A stretch of DNA of 64,000 nt from an uncultured Candidatus Entotheonella sp. Lineage in GTDB: Bacteria > Tectomicrobia > Entotheonellia > Entotheonellales > Entotheonellaceae. The stretch is from assembly GCA_965215335.1 (NCBI GenBank), contig CBDCDA010000001.1:1856001-1920000 (forward strand), read 5' to 3'. The translations under genes and the position numbers were made by a program. Below the pieces are notes generated by a model. The model worked only from the letters and a program-made list of their open reading frames with translations, was not told where the DNA came from and made no database searches. Below, in pieces: positions 11,829 through 21,769 of this stretch; the first letter of the stretch is position 1; the number at the start of each line of letters is the position of its first letter.

Positions 11829-12932
11829 TCACTTCCCGAAAGCGCGGCGCTCCGGGGTCCGCTTGAGCGGCAGGTCGACGGTCTCGCCCGACAGCGCCGA
11901 GGCATAAATCCCCAAAATGATTTCCACGGACTTGCGCGCTTCGACGCCGTCGACGAGCAGCGGTGCCTTGCCCCGCAGGTGGCGCACGAAATTCTCAAAC
12001 TGCAACTGGTGCCCCTCGGTGCCGATGGAGGTGGGGCTGCCCGCGCCCCAGCGCGAGGTTGTTTGCGCATTCGGCCCCAGGGTGCGCCGAATGCGCGCAT
12101 CGGTCGATTTCTTGTCCACGAAATCCCAGTGCACCAACTCCCCGCCGCGCACGCACGCCGAGCCACCCGTCCCCACGATGTGAATCTCATTGGGCCAGCC
12201 CGGCCATACCGCAGTGGAGCCGATGATGGTGCCCAGGGCGCCTGACTTGTAGCGCACCGCCGCCACCGCGGTGTCCTCGACGGCGATGCGTTTGTGCGCC
12301 AGATTGCCCGCCAAGGCGTGCACGGAACGGACCGGCCCCGCCAGCCATTGCAACAGGTCGATGGTGTGGATGGACTGGTTCATCAGCGCGCCGCCGCCGT
12401 CCAGTTCCCAGGTGCCGCGCCAGGCCCCGGAGTCGTAATACGCCTGCGTACGGTGCCAGGGGATGATGGCGTTGCACACCGTCAGCTTGCCGAACCGCCC
12501 GGCGTCGAGCGCCTTCTTGACGGCCTGCACCGCCGCTCCGGTGCGGCTCTGGAAAATACCGCCCAATCGCACGTCGGCCCGCTTGCAGGCACGGATCATC
12601 CGCGAACAGCGCTCCAGTGTCACCTCCAGCGGTTTTTCGCAGATGATGTGCTTACCGGCCCTGGCGGCGGCCACCACCGGCTCCAGATGCGCGCCGGACG
12701 GCGTGGCGATGACCACCACGTCGAGGCCCGGGTGCATGAGAAAGGCGTTGTAATCGCCGACGTACAGTTCGACGCCGCAGCGCTGGGCCAGCGCTGCGGC
12801 GTTGTTGCTGCCGCTGTTGGAAAACAGGCAGGCGAGATGCCCGCCCTGCATGTCCTGAATGGCACGGGCATGAAAGTCGGCGATGACCCCGAGGCCGACG
12901 ACGCCGAAACCGAAACTCCGTGAACTCACCAT
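11829..12932 (-). CDS. Gfo/Idh/MocA family oxidoreductase
   Basis: GVVGLGVIA, CEKP, GGGALMNQSIH. Confidence 0.93.
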   Translation of the reverse strand: MVSSRSFGFGVVGLGVIADFHARAIQDMQGGHLACLFSNSGSNNAAALAQRCGVELYVGDYNAFLMHPGLDVVVIATPSGAHLEPVVAAARAGKHIICEKPLEVTLERCSRMIRACKRADVRLGGIFQSRTGAAVQAVKKALDAGRFGKLTVCNAIIPWHRTQAYYDSGAWRGTWELDGGGALMNQSIHTIDLLQWLAGPVRSVHALAGNLAHKRIAVEDTAVAAVRYKSGALGTIIGSTAVWPGWPNEIHIVGTGGSACVRGGELVHWDFVDKKSTDARIRRTLGPNAQTTSRWGAGSPTSIGTEGHQLQFENFVRHLRGKAPLLVDGVEARKSVEIILGIYASALSGETVDLPLKRTPERRAFGK

Positions 12933-13052
12933 CGATGGGGCTCCTCTGCCGATTGGACGCTTGGAGCAATTCAAAATTGATTGGCGCCATGTCCGGCTTC
13001 GCCAGGGTGACGACAGAAAATTTGCGTCGACCTTGAAATGCGTTAGCTGCGT

Positions 13053-14336
13053 TTATGCTTGCCGCCGCTCGATGCGTGCACCGAGGGTCTGCAGGCGCTT
13101 TTCGAGTCGCTCGTGGCCGCGGTCGATCTGGCTGATGTTGTGGATGCTGCTGACGCCGTCGGCCGCCAGCGCGGCGATGAGCAGCGCCATGCCGGCCCGG
13201 ATGTCCGGCGAAATGAGGGTTTCGCCGTGCAAGCGGGAGGGACCGATCACCACGGCGCGATGCGGGTCGCATAGCACGATGTTGGCACCCATTTCGATGA
13301 GGCGGTCGACGAACACCAGGCGGCGGTCGAACATCTTCTGGTGAATCAGCACGGTGCCGCGCGCCTGCGTGGCGACGACCAGGGCGATGCTGACCAGATC
13401 GGGCGGGAAGCCTGGCCACGGCATGTCGTCGATTTTCGGCATGGCGCCGTCATAGTCGCTGTGCACACATAGGTTTTGATCCGCCGGCACGACGATGTCG
13501 TCGCCGTCGTCGTGCCAGGTCACGCCCAGGCGGGCGAATACGATGCGGGTCATGCGGTGCTCGCGCGGACGCGCTTGTCGGATACGAAGTTCCGAGCCGG
13601 TCGTTGCCGCCAGCGCGACCATGGAGCCGACCTCCATATAATCGGGTCCGATGGCGTACGTCGTCCCCCGCAGGCCGCTGACGCCGCGAATCACCAGGTT
13701 GTTGCTGCCGATGCCCTCGATGTCGGCGCCCATGCCGTTCAGGCAATGACACACGTCCTGCACGTGTGGCTCGCAGGCGGCGTTGCTCAGCAGCGTGGTG
13801 CCATCGGCGAGCACGGCGGCCAGCACCGCCTGCTCGGTCCCGGTGACGCTCATTTCGTCCAGAAAGATGTCGGCGCCGCGCAGCCGCTTGGCCTTCAGGA
13901 TGAAGCGGTCGGCGGTAACCTCAATATCGGCGCCCAAGGCTTGCAGGGCGAGCAGGTGGGTATCGAGACGACGACGCCCGATGCGGTCGCCGCCCGCTCG
14001 CCCGATGGTCACGAAACCGCGCCGCGCCAGCAGCGGCCCGGCGAACAACGGCGCCGTGCGTATCTGACGGCACAGGTCGAGGTCGGGCTGATTGTCGCCT
14101 ACGATACAGGCATGGAGGGTGCAACGCCCGTCGGGGCTCAGGTGTGTATCGACCCCCAGGCGATTGAGGAGGACGGCTTTGGTTCGGACATCGCCAATGT
14201 TGGGGACGTTGTACAGGTGCAACGGCTCGTGAGTCAGCAGGCTGGCCGCCATCAGGGGCAGGGCGGCGTTTTTATTTCCAGCAGGGGTGATGGCGCCCCT
14301 GAACCGATGCCCGCCCTCGATATGGAAATATTCCAT
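13053..14336 (-). CDS. murA: UDP-N-acetylglucosamine 1-carboxyvinyltransferase (Asp-type active site)
   Basis: [34 protein letters not shown]. Confidence 0.96.
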   Translation of the reverse strand: MEYFHIEGGHRFRGAITPAGNKNAALPLMAASLLTHEPLHLYNVPNIGDVRTKAVLLNRLGVDTHLSPDGRCTLHACIVGDNQPDLDLCRQIRTAPLFAGPLLARRGFVTIGRAGGDRIGRRRLDTHLLALQALGADIEVTADRFILKAKRLRGADIFLDEMSVTGTEQAVLAAVLADGTTLLSNAACEPHVQDVCHCLNGMGADIEGIGSNNLVIRGVSGLRGTTYAIGPDYMEVGSMVALAATTGSELRIRQARPREHRMTRIVFARLGVTWHDDGDDIVVPADQNLCVHSDYDGAMPKIDDMPWPGFPPDLVSIALVVATQARGTVLIHQKMFDRRLVFVDRLIEMGANIVLCDPHRAVVIGPSRLHGETLISPDIRAGMALLIAALAADGVSSIHNISQIDRGHERLEKRLQTLGARIERRQA

Positions 14337-14430
14337 AGCGTTCCTGTCGGCTGCCTGCCGCGAGGTGAAGGAGTTGGATCACGGATTTTGCGAGGCGCCG
14401 CCCCGAAGTGACGTAGCCGCGGCCTGTTCA

Positions 14431-17400
14431 CTACTGGGCCAGGGCGTCGACCCGCTGGTTCAGGGTGTCAAGCTGTCCCTGCATCACGGCGAGGCGCTGG
14501 CTCTGGGCCATTTCTTCGGCCTGCGCCGCTTCATCGTGGGCGGCGAAAGCCGCAGCCTGTTGGCTCAGGCCGTCGATCTGTTGTGCCAGGTCAGCTAGTC
14601 GGGCGCTCTGGGTGTCTGCCTCGGCCTGTGACGTATTGTCATTGGCGGCCAGGGCTGAAGCCTGTTGGCTCAGGGTGTCAAGCTGTCCCTGCATGGCGTC
14701 GAGGCGCTGGCCCTGGGCTGCCTCCCCGGCCTGCGCCGCTTCGTCGTTGGCGGCAAAGGTCGCAGCCTGTCGGCTCAGGCCGTCGATCTGTTGTGCCAGG
14801 TCAGCCAGTCGGGCCTTCTGGGCAGCTTCTTCAGCTTGCGCTGCTTCATCGTGAGCGGCCAGGGCTGAAGCCTGCTGGCCCAAAGTGTCGATCTGCCCCT
14901 GCATGGCGTCGAGGCGCTGGCTCTGGGCTGCCTCCCCGGCCTGCGCCGCTTCATCGTTGGCGGCAAAGGTCGCAGCCTGCTGATTCAGGGTGTCAAGCTG
15001 TCCCTGCATGGCGCTGAGTCTCTGGCTCTGCGCCATGTCTTCGGCTTGTGCCGACTCATCATTGTCGGCAAAGGCTGCGGCCTGTTGGCTCAGACCGTCG
15101 ATCTGTTGTGCCAGGTCAGCCAGTCGGGCCTTCTGGGCGCCTGCCTCGGCTTGCGCCGTATCGTCATTGGCAGCAAAGGTCGCAGCCTGCTGGCTCAGGG
15201 TGTCAAGCTGTCCCTGCATGACATCGAGGCGCTGGCCCTGGGCTGTCTCCCCGGCCTGCGCCGCTTCATCATTGGCGGCAAAGGTCGCAGCCTGCTGATT
15301 CAGGGTGTCGATCTGTTCCTGCATGGCGCTGAGTCTCTGGCTCTGCGCCATGTCTTCAGCTTGCACCGCATCGTCATTGGCGGCCAAGGCTACGGCCTGC
15401 TGGCCCAAAGTGTCGATCTGCCCCTGCATGGCGTCGAGACGCTGGCCCTGGGCTGTCTCCCCAGCCTGCGCCGCTTCATCGTTGGCGGCAAAGGTCGCAG
15501 CCTGTTGGCTCAGACCGTCGATCTGTTGTGCCAGGTCAGCCAGTTGGGCGCCCTGGGCAGCTTCTTCAGCTTGCGCTGCTTCGTCGTGGGCGGCCAGGGC
15601 TGAAGCCCGCTGGCCCAAAGTGTCGATCTGCCCCTGCATGGCGTCGAGACGCTGGCCCTGGGCTGTTTCCCCAGCCTGCGCCGCTTCATCGTTGGCGGCG
15701 AAAGTCGCAGCCTGCTGATTCAGGATGTCGATCTGTCCCTGCACGGCGCTGAGTCTCTGGCTCTGCGCCATGTCTTCGGCTTGTGCCGACTCATCATTGT
15801 CGGCAAAGGCTGCGGCCTGTTGGCTCAGACCGTCGACCTGCTGCGCCAGGTCAGCCAGTCGGGCCTTCTGGGCGTCTGCCTCGGCTTGCGCCGTATCGTC
15901 ATTGGCAGCAAAGGTCGCAGCCTGCTGGCTCAGGGTGTCAAGCTGTCCCTGCATGACATTGAGACGCTGGCTCTGGGCTGTTTCCCCAGCCTGCGCCGCT
16001 TCGTCGTTGGCGGCAAAGGTCGCAGCCTGTTGGCTCAGACCGTCGATCTGTTGTGCCAGGTCAGCCAGTTGGGCGCCCTGGGCAGCTTCTTCAGCTTGCG
16101 CTGCTTCGTCGTGGGCGGCCAGGGCTGAAGCCCGCTGGCCCAAAGTGTCGATCTGCCCCTGCATGGCGTCGAGACGCTGGCCCTGGGCTGTTTCCCCAGC
16201 CTGCGCCGCTTCATCGTTGGCGGCGAAAGTCGCAGCCTGCTGATTCAGGATGTCGATCTGTCCCTGCACGGCGCTGAGTCTCTGGCTCTGCGCCATGTCT
16301 TCGGCTTGTGCCGACTCATCATTGTCGGCAAAGGCTGCGGCCTGTTGGCTCAGACCGTCGACCTGTTGTGCCAGGTCAGCCAGTCGGGCCTTCTGGGCGT
16401 CTGCCTCGGCTTGCGCCGTATCGTCATTGGCGGCGAAAGCCGCAGCCTGCTGGCTCAGGGTGTCAAGCTGTCCCTGCATCACGGCGAGGCGCTGGCTCTG
16501 GGCTGTTTCCCCGGCCTGCGCCGCTTCGTCGTTGGCGGCAAAGGTCGCAGCCTGTTGGCTCAGACCGTCGATCTGTTGTGCCAGGTCAGCCAGTTGGGCG
16601 CCCTGGGCGGCTGTCTCAGCTTGCGCTGCTTCGTCGTTGGCGGCCAAGGCTGAAGCCTGCTGGCCCAAAGTGTCGATCTGCCCCTGCATGGCGTCGAGAC
16701 GCTGGCCCTGGGCTGTTTCCCCGGCCTGCGCCGCTTCATCGTTGGCGGCAAAGGTCGCAGCCTGCTGGCTCAGACCGTCGATCTGTTGTGCCAGGTCAGC
16801 CAGTTGGGCGCCCCGGGCGGCTTCCTCGGCTTGCGCTGCTTCGTCGTGGGCGGCCAGGGCTGAAGCCTGCTGGCCCAAAGTGTCGATCTGCCCCTGCATG
16901 GCGTCGAGACGCTGGCCCTGGGCTGTTTCCCCGGCCTGCGCCGCTTCATCGTGGGCGGCGAAAGTCGCAGCCTGTCGGCTCAGGCCGTCGATCTGTTGTG
17001 CCAAGGTGGCCAGTTGGGCGCTCTGGGCGGCTTCCTCGGCCTGTGCCGTATCGTCATTGGCGGCCAGGGCTGAAGCCTGCTGGCTCAGGGTGTCAAGCTG
17101 TCCCTGCATCACGGCGAGGCGCTGGCCCTGGGCTGCCTCCCCGGCCTGCGCCGCTTCGTCGTGGGCGGCGAAAGTCGCAGCCTGTCGGCTCAGGCCGTCG
17201 ATCTGTTGCGCCAGGTCAGCCAGTCGGGCTTTCTGGGCGTCTGCCTCGGCTTGCGCCGTATCGTCATTGGCGGCAAAGGTCGCAGCCTGCTGGCTCAGGG
17301 TGTCGATCTGCTGCGCCAGGGCGTCCAGTTGAGCACTTTGAGCGGCCTCGTCTTCGACCGATGCAAACGATTCCATCCGGGCTTCCAAGGCGGCCAAGTC

Positions 17401-17934
17401 GTCATGGGTGGCAACGTTATCCAACTGAGCTGCCAGCGTCTCCAGCTCCCCCGCACTCGCCTCGTCCGCGCTGGCGAACTCGTCGGCCCGCTCGCTCAGG
17501 GAAGCAAGCTGCTCCTCAATGGCGGCAATCTGCTGGCCCTGGGCGTTTTCCTCGGCCTGAGCCGTTGCATCGTTGGCGGCAAAGGCCGCAGCTTGCTGGT
17601 TCAGGGCTTCGACCTGCTGCGTCAGAACGGACAGTTGCTCGCTCAGACGCCCCTCCAGGGTGGCGAGTTTGTCGACCTGCTCGGTCACGCTTGCCGCGGT
17701 TGCCAGCCCGGCCACCTGCTCGCTGGTGGCGGCTTTTCTGAAGCCGTCCGACAGTTCCGCCATGCGCACCGAATTTGCGTCCATGCTGGAGGCGCTCTGA
17801 CGGAAGCGCCGCTCAACTGCAATGACGTATATCGCCAGGAAAATGACAATGGCGAGGAGAGCCAACGTGACGGCCCGATTGAACAGCGGCTCCAAGAAGG
17901 ACGACATCTGCGAACTTCCTTTCTCCTGCGTCAT
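14431..17934 (-). CDS. 1167-aa membrane-anchored, repeat-rich coiled-coil protein of unknown function
   Basis: N-terminal TM helix (AVTLALLAIVIFLAIYVIAV); A/Q/D/E-rich 35-aa repeats to the C-terminus; AAGGAG RBS upstream. Confidence 0.88.
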   Translation of the reverse strand: MTQEKGSSQMSSFLEPLFNRAVTLALLAIVIFLAIYVIAVERRFRQSASSMDANSVRMAELSDGFRKAATSEQVAGLATAASVTEQVDKLATLEGRLSEQLSVLTQQVEALNQQAAAFAANDATAQAEENAQGQQIAAIEEQLASLSERADEFASADEASAGELETLAAQLDNVATHDDLAALEARMESFASVEDEAAQSAQLDALAQQIDTLSQQAATFAANDDTAQAEADAQKARLADLAQQIDGLSRQAATFAAHDEAAQAGEAAQGQRLAVMQGQLDTLSQQASALAANDDTAQAEEAAQSAQLATLAQQIDGLSRQAATFAAHDEAAQAGETAQGQRLDAMQGQIDTLGQQASALAAHDEAAQAEEAARGAQLADLAQQIDGLSQQAATFAANDEAAQAGETAQGQRLDAMQGQIDTLGQQASALAANDEAAQAETAAQGAQLADLAQQIDGLSQQAATFAANDEAAQAGETAQSQRLAVMQGQLDTLSQQAAAFAANDDTAQAEADAQKARLADLAQQVDGLSQQAAAFADNDESAQAEDMAQSQRLSAVQGQIDILNQQAATFAANDEAAQAGETAQGQRLDAMQGQIDTLGQRASALAAHDEAAQAEEAAQGAQLADLAQQIDGLSQQAATFAANDEAAQAGETAQSQRLNVMQGQLDTLSQQAATFAANDDTAQAEADAQKARLADLAQQVDGLSQQAAAFADNDESAQAEDMAQSQRLSAVQGQIDILNQQAATFAANDEAAQAGETAQGQRLDAMQGQIDTLGQRASALAAHDEAAQAEEAAQGAQLADLAQQIDGLSQQAATFAANDEAAQAGETAQGQRLDAMQGQIDTLGQQAVALAANDDAVQAEDMAQSQRLSAMQEQIDTLNQQAATFAANDEAAQAGETAQGQRLDVMQGQLDTLSQQAATFAANDDTAQAEAGAQKARLADLAQQIDGLSQQAAAFADNDESAQAEDMAQSQRLSAMQGQLDTLNQQAATFAANDEAAQAGEAAQSQRLDAMQGQIDTLGQQASALAAHDEAAQAEEAAQKARLADLAQQIDGLSRQAATFAANDEAAQAGEAAQGQRLDAMQGQLDTLSQQASALAANDNTSQAEADTQSARLADLAQQIDGLSQQAAAFAAHDEAAQAEEMAQSQRLAVMQGQLDTLNQRVDALAQ
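14440..17274 (-). repeat. Coding tandem repeat: 27 x 105 bp (35 aa), with a 525-bp higher-order duplication
   Basis: Units such as AANDEAAQAGETAQGQRLDAMQGQIDTLGQQASAL counted in the translation; units 9-12 equal units 14-17; shadow ORFs recur at a 525-nt offset (15528/16053, 15725/16250). Confidence 0.95.
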
Positions 17935-18065
17935 ACCTGTTCTCCTTTGCGCGATGAAGCGTGAGAGCCGCCGTCGTCTCGCCGCGGCGGGAAAGATCGC
18001 CGGACCGCCGGAATGACGGCCGCCAGAATTGCCAGGAAGGCCAGCGCCGTAAAGAAAGTACGCAT
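17931..18065 (-). CDS. 44-aa small hydrophobic/signal-peptide-like protein (not in the ORF track)
   Basis: MRTFFTALAFLAILAAVIPAVRRSFPPRRDDGGSHASSRKGEQV*; starts 17 nt after the DUF1501 stop; its TGA overlaps the ATG of the repeat gene (ATGA). Confidence 0.5.
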   Translation of the reverse strand: MRTFFTALAFLAILAAVIPAVRRSFPPRRDDGGSHASSRKGEQV

Positions 18066-18082
18066 ACCGGCCCCAAGGGTCC

Positions 18083-19219
18083 CTAGTTGAGGTTCAGGCA
18101 GCCGAGCTTTTCATACGTGCCATTGACGATCGGCTTGGCCTCGACCGCCATCCAGTCCTCCAGAATTTCCGTGTACACGGAACGGAAATCGAGATTGAAG
18201 GCCAGATCGCCCTCGACCAGCTTGTCGTCGTCGAGGGAAGGATACTCGCTGTAATGACCGCCCTTGACGCGGTCGCCGATGAGGAACGCTACGCCGCCGG
18301 AGCCGTGGTCGGTGCCGTTGCCGTTGTCTTTTACCCGGCGGCCAAACTCCGAGAACACGAAGATCAGCACGTCGTCGCTGGCGTCGTGCGTTCTCAGATC
18401 GGTGTACAGGTCGTGGATGCCGCCCGCCACGTCGTCCCACAACTTGGCTTGCAACGCCACCTCGTTGGTGTGCGTGTCGAAGCTGCCGTGCTGGGTGTAG
18501 CAAATGCGCGTGCCGACGTCGGCCAGCAGCACCTGCGCGGCGCTCTTGGCGCTCTTGGCGAAGGGGCTGCCACCGTATTCGACCGTCGAGGCGTATTTCT
18601 GCGGCACGGAACTGAGGATGTCGGCGCCGCGCAGCGCGTCCAGGCCGGTTTTGCTCAGGTAATCCATCACAGGCCCGTTGCCGAGCGCGCGGCTGTACAT
18701 GTCGCGGAAGGCATCCAGCGCTTGTGTGCGCTGCGGCTCCGCGTCGATGTGATTGAGCAGCCCGTAACTGTCCAGATTCGTCACCGAGGCCACCGGCGCG
18801 CCCAAGGTTACCAGCGCCCGCGGCAGCGCGGTGGCGAAGTTCACGGCGATGACGACGTTGTCGCCGTCCGGGGTCATCTCCCGGATTGCCTGCCCCAACC
18901 AGCCCTTGTCGCCCACCTTGGTCGGCTCGGCAGTGTGCCAGATGTCCATGGAGCGGAAGTGCGACCGATTGGGCTGCGGGTAGCCGACGCCGTGGATGAT
19001 GGCCACCTTGCCCTCGTCGTACAGGTCCTTGACGGGCTGCATGGCGGGGTTGAGGCCGTAGCCGTTGCCGAAGGGGATGATCTGGTCTTCCGACAGACGG
19101 ACGTTCGGCCGGTTGTCGATGTAGCGCGGGTTGTCATACGGCACCACGCAGTTGAGGTAATCATTGCCGCCGGAAAGTTGCACCACCACCAGCTTGCGGT
19201 CCTTTGTGTCACCCATCAT
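18083..19219 (-). CDS. DUF1501 family protein, no Tat signal
   Basis: LVVVQLSGGND.LN, NRSHFRSMDIW, FDTH, SEFGRR, GTDHG. Confidence 0.9.
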   Translation of the reverse strand: MMGDTKDRKLVVVQLSGGNDYLNCVVPYDNPRYIDNRPNVRLSEDQIIPFGNGYGLNPAMQPVKDLYDEGKVAIIHGVGYPQPNRSHFRSMDIWHTAEPTKVGDKGWLGQAIREMTPDGDNVVIAVNFATALPRALVTLGAPVASVTNLDSYGLLNHIDAEPQRTQALDAFRDMYSRALGNGPVMDYLSKTGLDALRGADILSSVPQKYASTVEYGGSPFAKSAKSAAQVLLADVGTRICYTQHGSFDTHTNEVALQAKLWDDVAGGIHDLYTDLRTHDASDDVLIFVFSEFGRRVKDNGNGTDHGSGGVAFLIGDRVKGGHYSEYPSLDDDKLVEGDLAFNLDFRSVYTEILEDWMAVEAKPIVNGTYEKLGCLNLN

Positions 19220-19294
19220 GGCTTTCCTTCTTGATTGTTTCAATACCTCAACCGGCCCGCCAAGGCCGGTGCTCCGTGATCGACTATTGCTGCC

Positions 19295-20302
19295 TCACGC
19301 CTTTTCGTAGACCTGGAAGCGATGCCGGCTGGTCTCCAGGACGTAAATGCGCTCATCACCGTCCAGCACCACGTCGACCGGATCCCAGAAGTACGGCTCG
19401 ATGCGTGCCGACACCTCGTTGGCGTCGGCGGTATCGACGTCGAACACCGGCACGTACGTGGCGCGCGCCGCCAACTCATCGGCGTTGGCCTCGACGTATT
19501 CCTGTGCCCACGGCGACAGCCTGGCCTCGCCCCGGAGTTGCAACAGGTAGTTGCCGGCGGCATCGAGCACCTGCACGCGCTGGTTGCCCCAGTCGGCGAC
19601 GTAAACATTGCCGTCGGCATCCACCGCCAAGCCGGAGGGCCGGTTGAACTGCCCGTCGCCATCGCCCGCGGTGCCGAACTTGGACACAAACTCGCCATCC
19701 GACGTGAACTTCTGGATGCGGTCGTTGCGCCAATCGGCCACGTACAGGAAACCCTGGCGGTCCTGCGTGATGCCCCACGGCAGGTTGAACTGCCCGTCAC
19801 CATCGCCGTAGGCGCCCCAGGCGCCGAGGCTCCGCCCGTCGCGGGTGAATTTCTGGATGCGATGGTTGCGGTGATCCACCATCAGCAGGTTGTCGTCGGC
19901 ATCGAACAGCAGGCCGGACGGCCCGTCGAACTCGCCGGCGGCGCTGCCCTTGGTGCCCCAGACGCCCTGCACGGCGCCGTCGCGGTCGTACATCGTGACC
20001 CGTTGCAGATAATCGTCGGCGAGATACAGGTTGTCATCGCGGTCCAGCGCCAGCGCGGTCGGCCAGATCATGTTGCCCGGCTCCTGGCCGTAGCCGCCGA
20101 TCTGACCGAAGAATTCGTGCCTCCGGCTGACCATCTGAATGCCGACGATGTCTAGCGCCTGCGTATTGCTGCGGCTGACCACCAAGATGCGCCCGTCGCC
20201 GCGAATGACCATCGACATCGGCAGGTGAAAGCCGCGCCCGCCCTGGTCGGCGACGAAGCCGATGGTATCGCTATACTGAAGTTGAAACGGTTCGGTTGCC
20301 AT
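19295..20302 (-). CDS. NHL-repeat beta-propeller protein
   Basis: Repeated GQFN.P.G.A.D..G..YVADW.N.R.Q.F. Confidence 0.93.
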   Translation of the reverse strand: MATEPFQLQYSDTIGFVADQGGRGFHLPMSMVIRGDGRILVVSRSNTQALDIVGIQMVSRRHEFFGQIGGYGQEPGNMIWPTALALDRDDNLYLADDYLQRVTMYDRDGAVQGVWGTKGSAAGEFDGPSGLLFDADDNLLMVDHRNHRIQKFTRDGRSLGAWGAYGDGDGQFNLPWGITQDRQGFLYVADWRNDRIQKFTSDGEFVSKFGTAGDGDGQFNRPSGLAVDADGNVYVADWGNQRVQVLDAAGNYLLQLRGEARLSPWAQEYVEANADELAARATYVPVFDVDTADANEVSARIEPYFWDPVDVVLDGDERIYVLETSRHRFQVYEKA

Positions 20303-20317
20303 GCCCTGAAGCCCCCC

Positions 20318-21769
20318 CTACACCATCTGGTATTCCTGCGTGGTGACGACCAGCTGCAGCAGCGCCACGATCGTGCGTTCCGCCTGGGCAGTTGACGCCG
20401 CGTCGGCAAAGCTCACGTCGCCCCAGGAGCGGGCGTAGTCGATGATCCCGTTGCGGGTGCTGTCCGGCACCTCCAGCGGGCCGACGACGTGCAGACAGGC
20501 ATCGACCAGTTCGTCGGCCGGCAGGCCGCGACCGTTGGTGAGGTCGCGGATGCGTCCGATGATGGCCTGGATGCCCGGCTTGTTCGGGTCACTGAGGACG
20601 CGGCTGGCAAAATTGACCCGCTGCACGTAGGCGCCGGTGTTGATCCACTCGCTGCCTCCCTGCCAGCCCTCGACGCTGGGCGGGTTCATCGGGAACTGCC
20701 CCATGGCGGCGCACACCCCGACGGCGGCGTACGCGTCGGTCGACGGCAGTTCCAGGCCGCCGGCCAGACGCAGGGTGCCGACCACCATCTCGACCGGGCT
20801 CTTGATGCGGGCGAAGCGCGCCGCTTCCGACTTGAAGAAGTCGGCGTTGAACAGCGCCCGCAACATGGCGGAAATGTCGTAATCGGAATCGAAATAGGCC
20901 TGGCACATCAGGTCGATGGCCTGCGGGTCGCGCGGCGCGGTGTGCGGCCACTGCGGTACGGGCACCTCGTCGGCGACGAAGAAGTGGCACAGATGGCGGG
21001 CGATGAAGCGCGGCGTGGCTTCCTGCCGGCAGATGATGGCGACCACGTCCTCGCCGTTGAAGTCCCCCACCTCGCCGAGGAACGTCTTGTCGTCGTGGTC
21101 GTGGTCGGTGTCGTCATACTCGAACTGCCAGGCGATGTAGCCGTAGGGTCGCGCGGTGTTGTTGCGCATCCGAATGGACATGTAATCGGGGTTGACCACC
21201 CGCCAGCCGGTGAAGGCGCGGGCGCATTCCTTGATGTCGTCCTCGGTGTAATTGCCCACGCCCATCGAGAACAGTTCAAGGATTTCCCGCCCGTAGTTCT
21301 CGTTGATCGAGCCCTTGTGGTTGTCCTGATTGTCCAGCCACATCATCATGGCAGGGTCGCGCGATAGCCGCAGCAGCAAGGCCTGGAAGCTTCCCATGCC
21401 GTGGCTGCGGAACATGTCGAGCTGGTTCGCCACCATGCGCGCCTGGATGAGCTTGGTGGCGGCGGTGGCAAAGACACGGTGCCAGAACAGACACATCTTT
21501 TCGCGCAGCGGCGCCTGCGTTTGCACCATGCGGTAAATCCAGTAGGCGGCGCCGGCGGCGTGGTTGCGCAGGTCGGATTGATCGACGTGGTAGCGGCGGA
21601 TGAGGTCTTCCGGCACGGCGTCCGGCTGCGGGTTCAGCAGCGCCTCCACGGTGGCCTCGTAGCCCTGGTCGAGGCAGTGGTCGAGTTCCTGCAGGGTGGC
21701 GCCGAACCCCGCTCGCCTGAGCAGGTGGGCCGTCAGCGCGACGTCTTGCTTTGAATGCACGGTGGGCAT
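20318..21769 (-). CDS. DUF1800 family protein
   Basis: AHLLRRAGFG, LREKM.LFWH, NENYGREILELF, ARAFTGW, PPSVEGW. Confidence 0.92.
   Translation of the reverse strand: MPTVHSKQDVALTAHLLRRAGFGATLQELDHCLDQGYEATVEALLNPQPDAVPEDLIRRYHVDQSDLRNHAAGAAYWIYRMVQTQAPLREKMCLFWHRVFATAATKLIQARMVANQLDMFRSHGMGSFQALLLRLSRDPAMMMWLDNQDNHKGSINENYGREILELFSMGVGNYTEDDIKECARAFTGWRVVNPDYMSIRMRNNTARPYGYIAWQFEYDDTDHDHDDKTFLGEVGDFNGEDVVAIICRQEATPRFIARHLCHFFVADEVPVPQWPHTAPRDPQAIDLMCQAYFDSDYDISAMLRALFNADFFKSEAARFARIKSPVEMVVGTLRLAGGLELPSTDAYAAVGVCAAMGQFPMNPPSVEGWQGGSEWINTGAYVQRVNFASRVLSDPNKPGIQAIIGRIRDLTNGRGLPADELVDACLHVVGPLEVPDSTRNGIIDYARSWGDVSFADAASTAQAERTIVALLQLVVTTQEYQMV

Noticed and set aside
14440..17274. Repeat array as CRISPR or non-coding array
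   Set aside because: No repeat-spacer alternation; period 105 nt, in frame with one long ORF; no cas genes
14465..17964. Plus-strand Cys/Ser-rich ORFs
   Set aside because: Antisense shadows of the repeat gene
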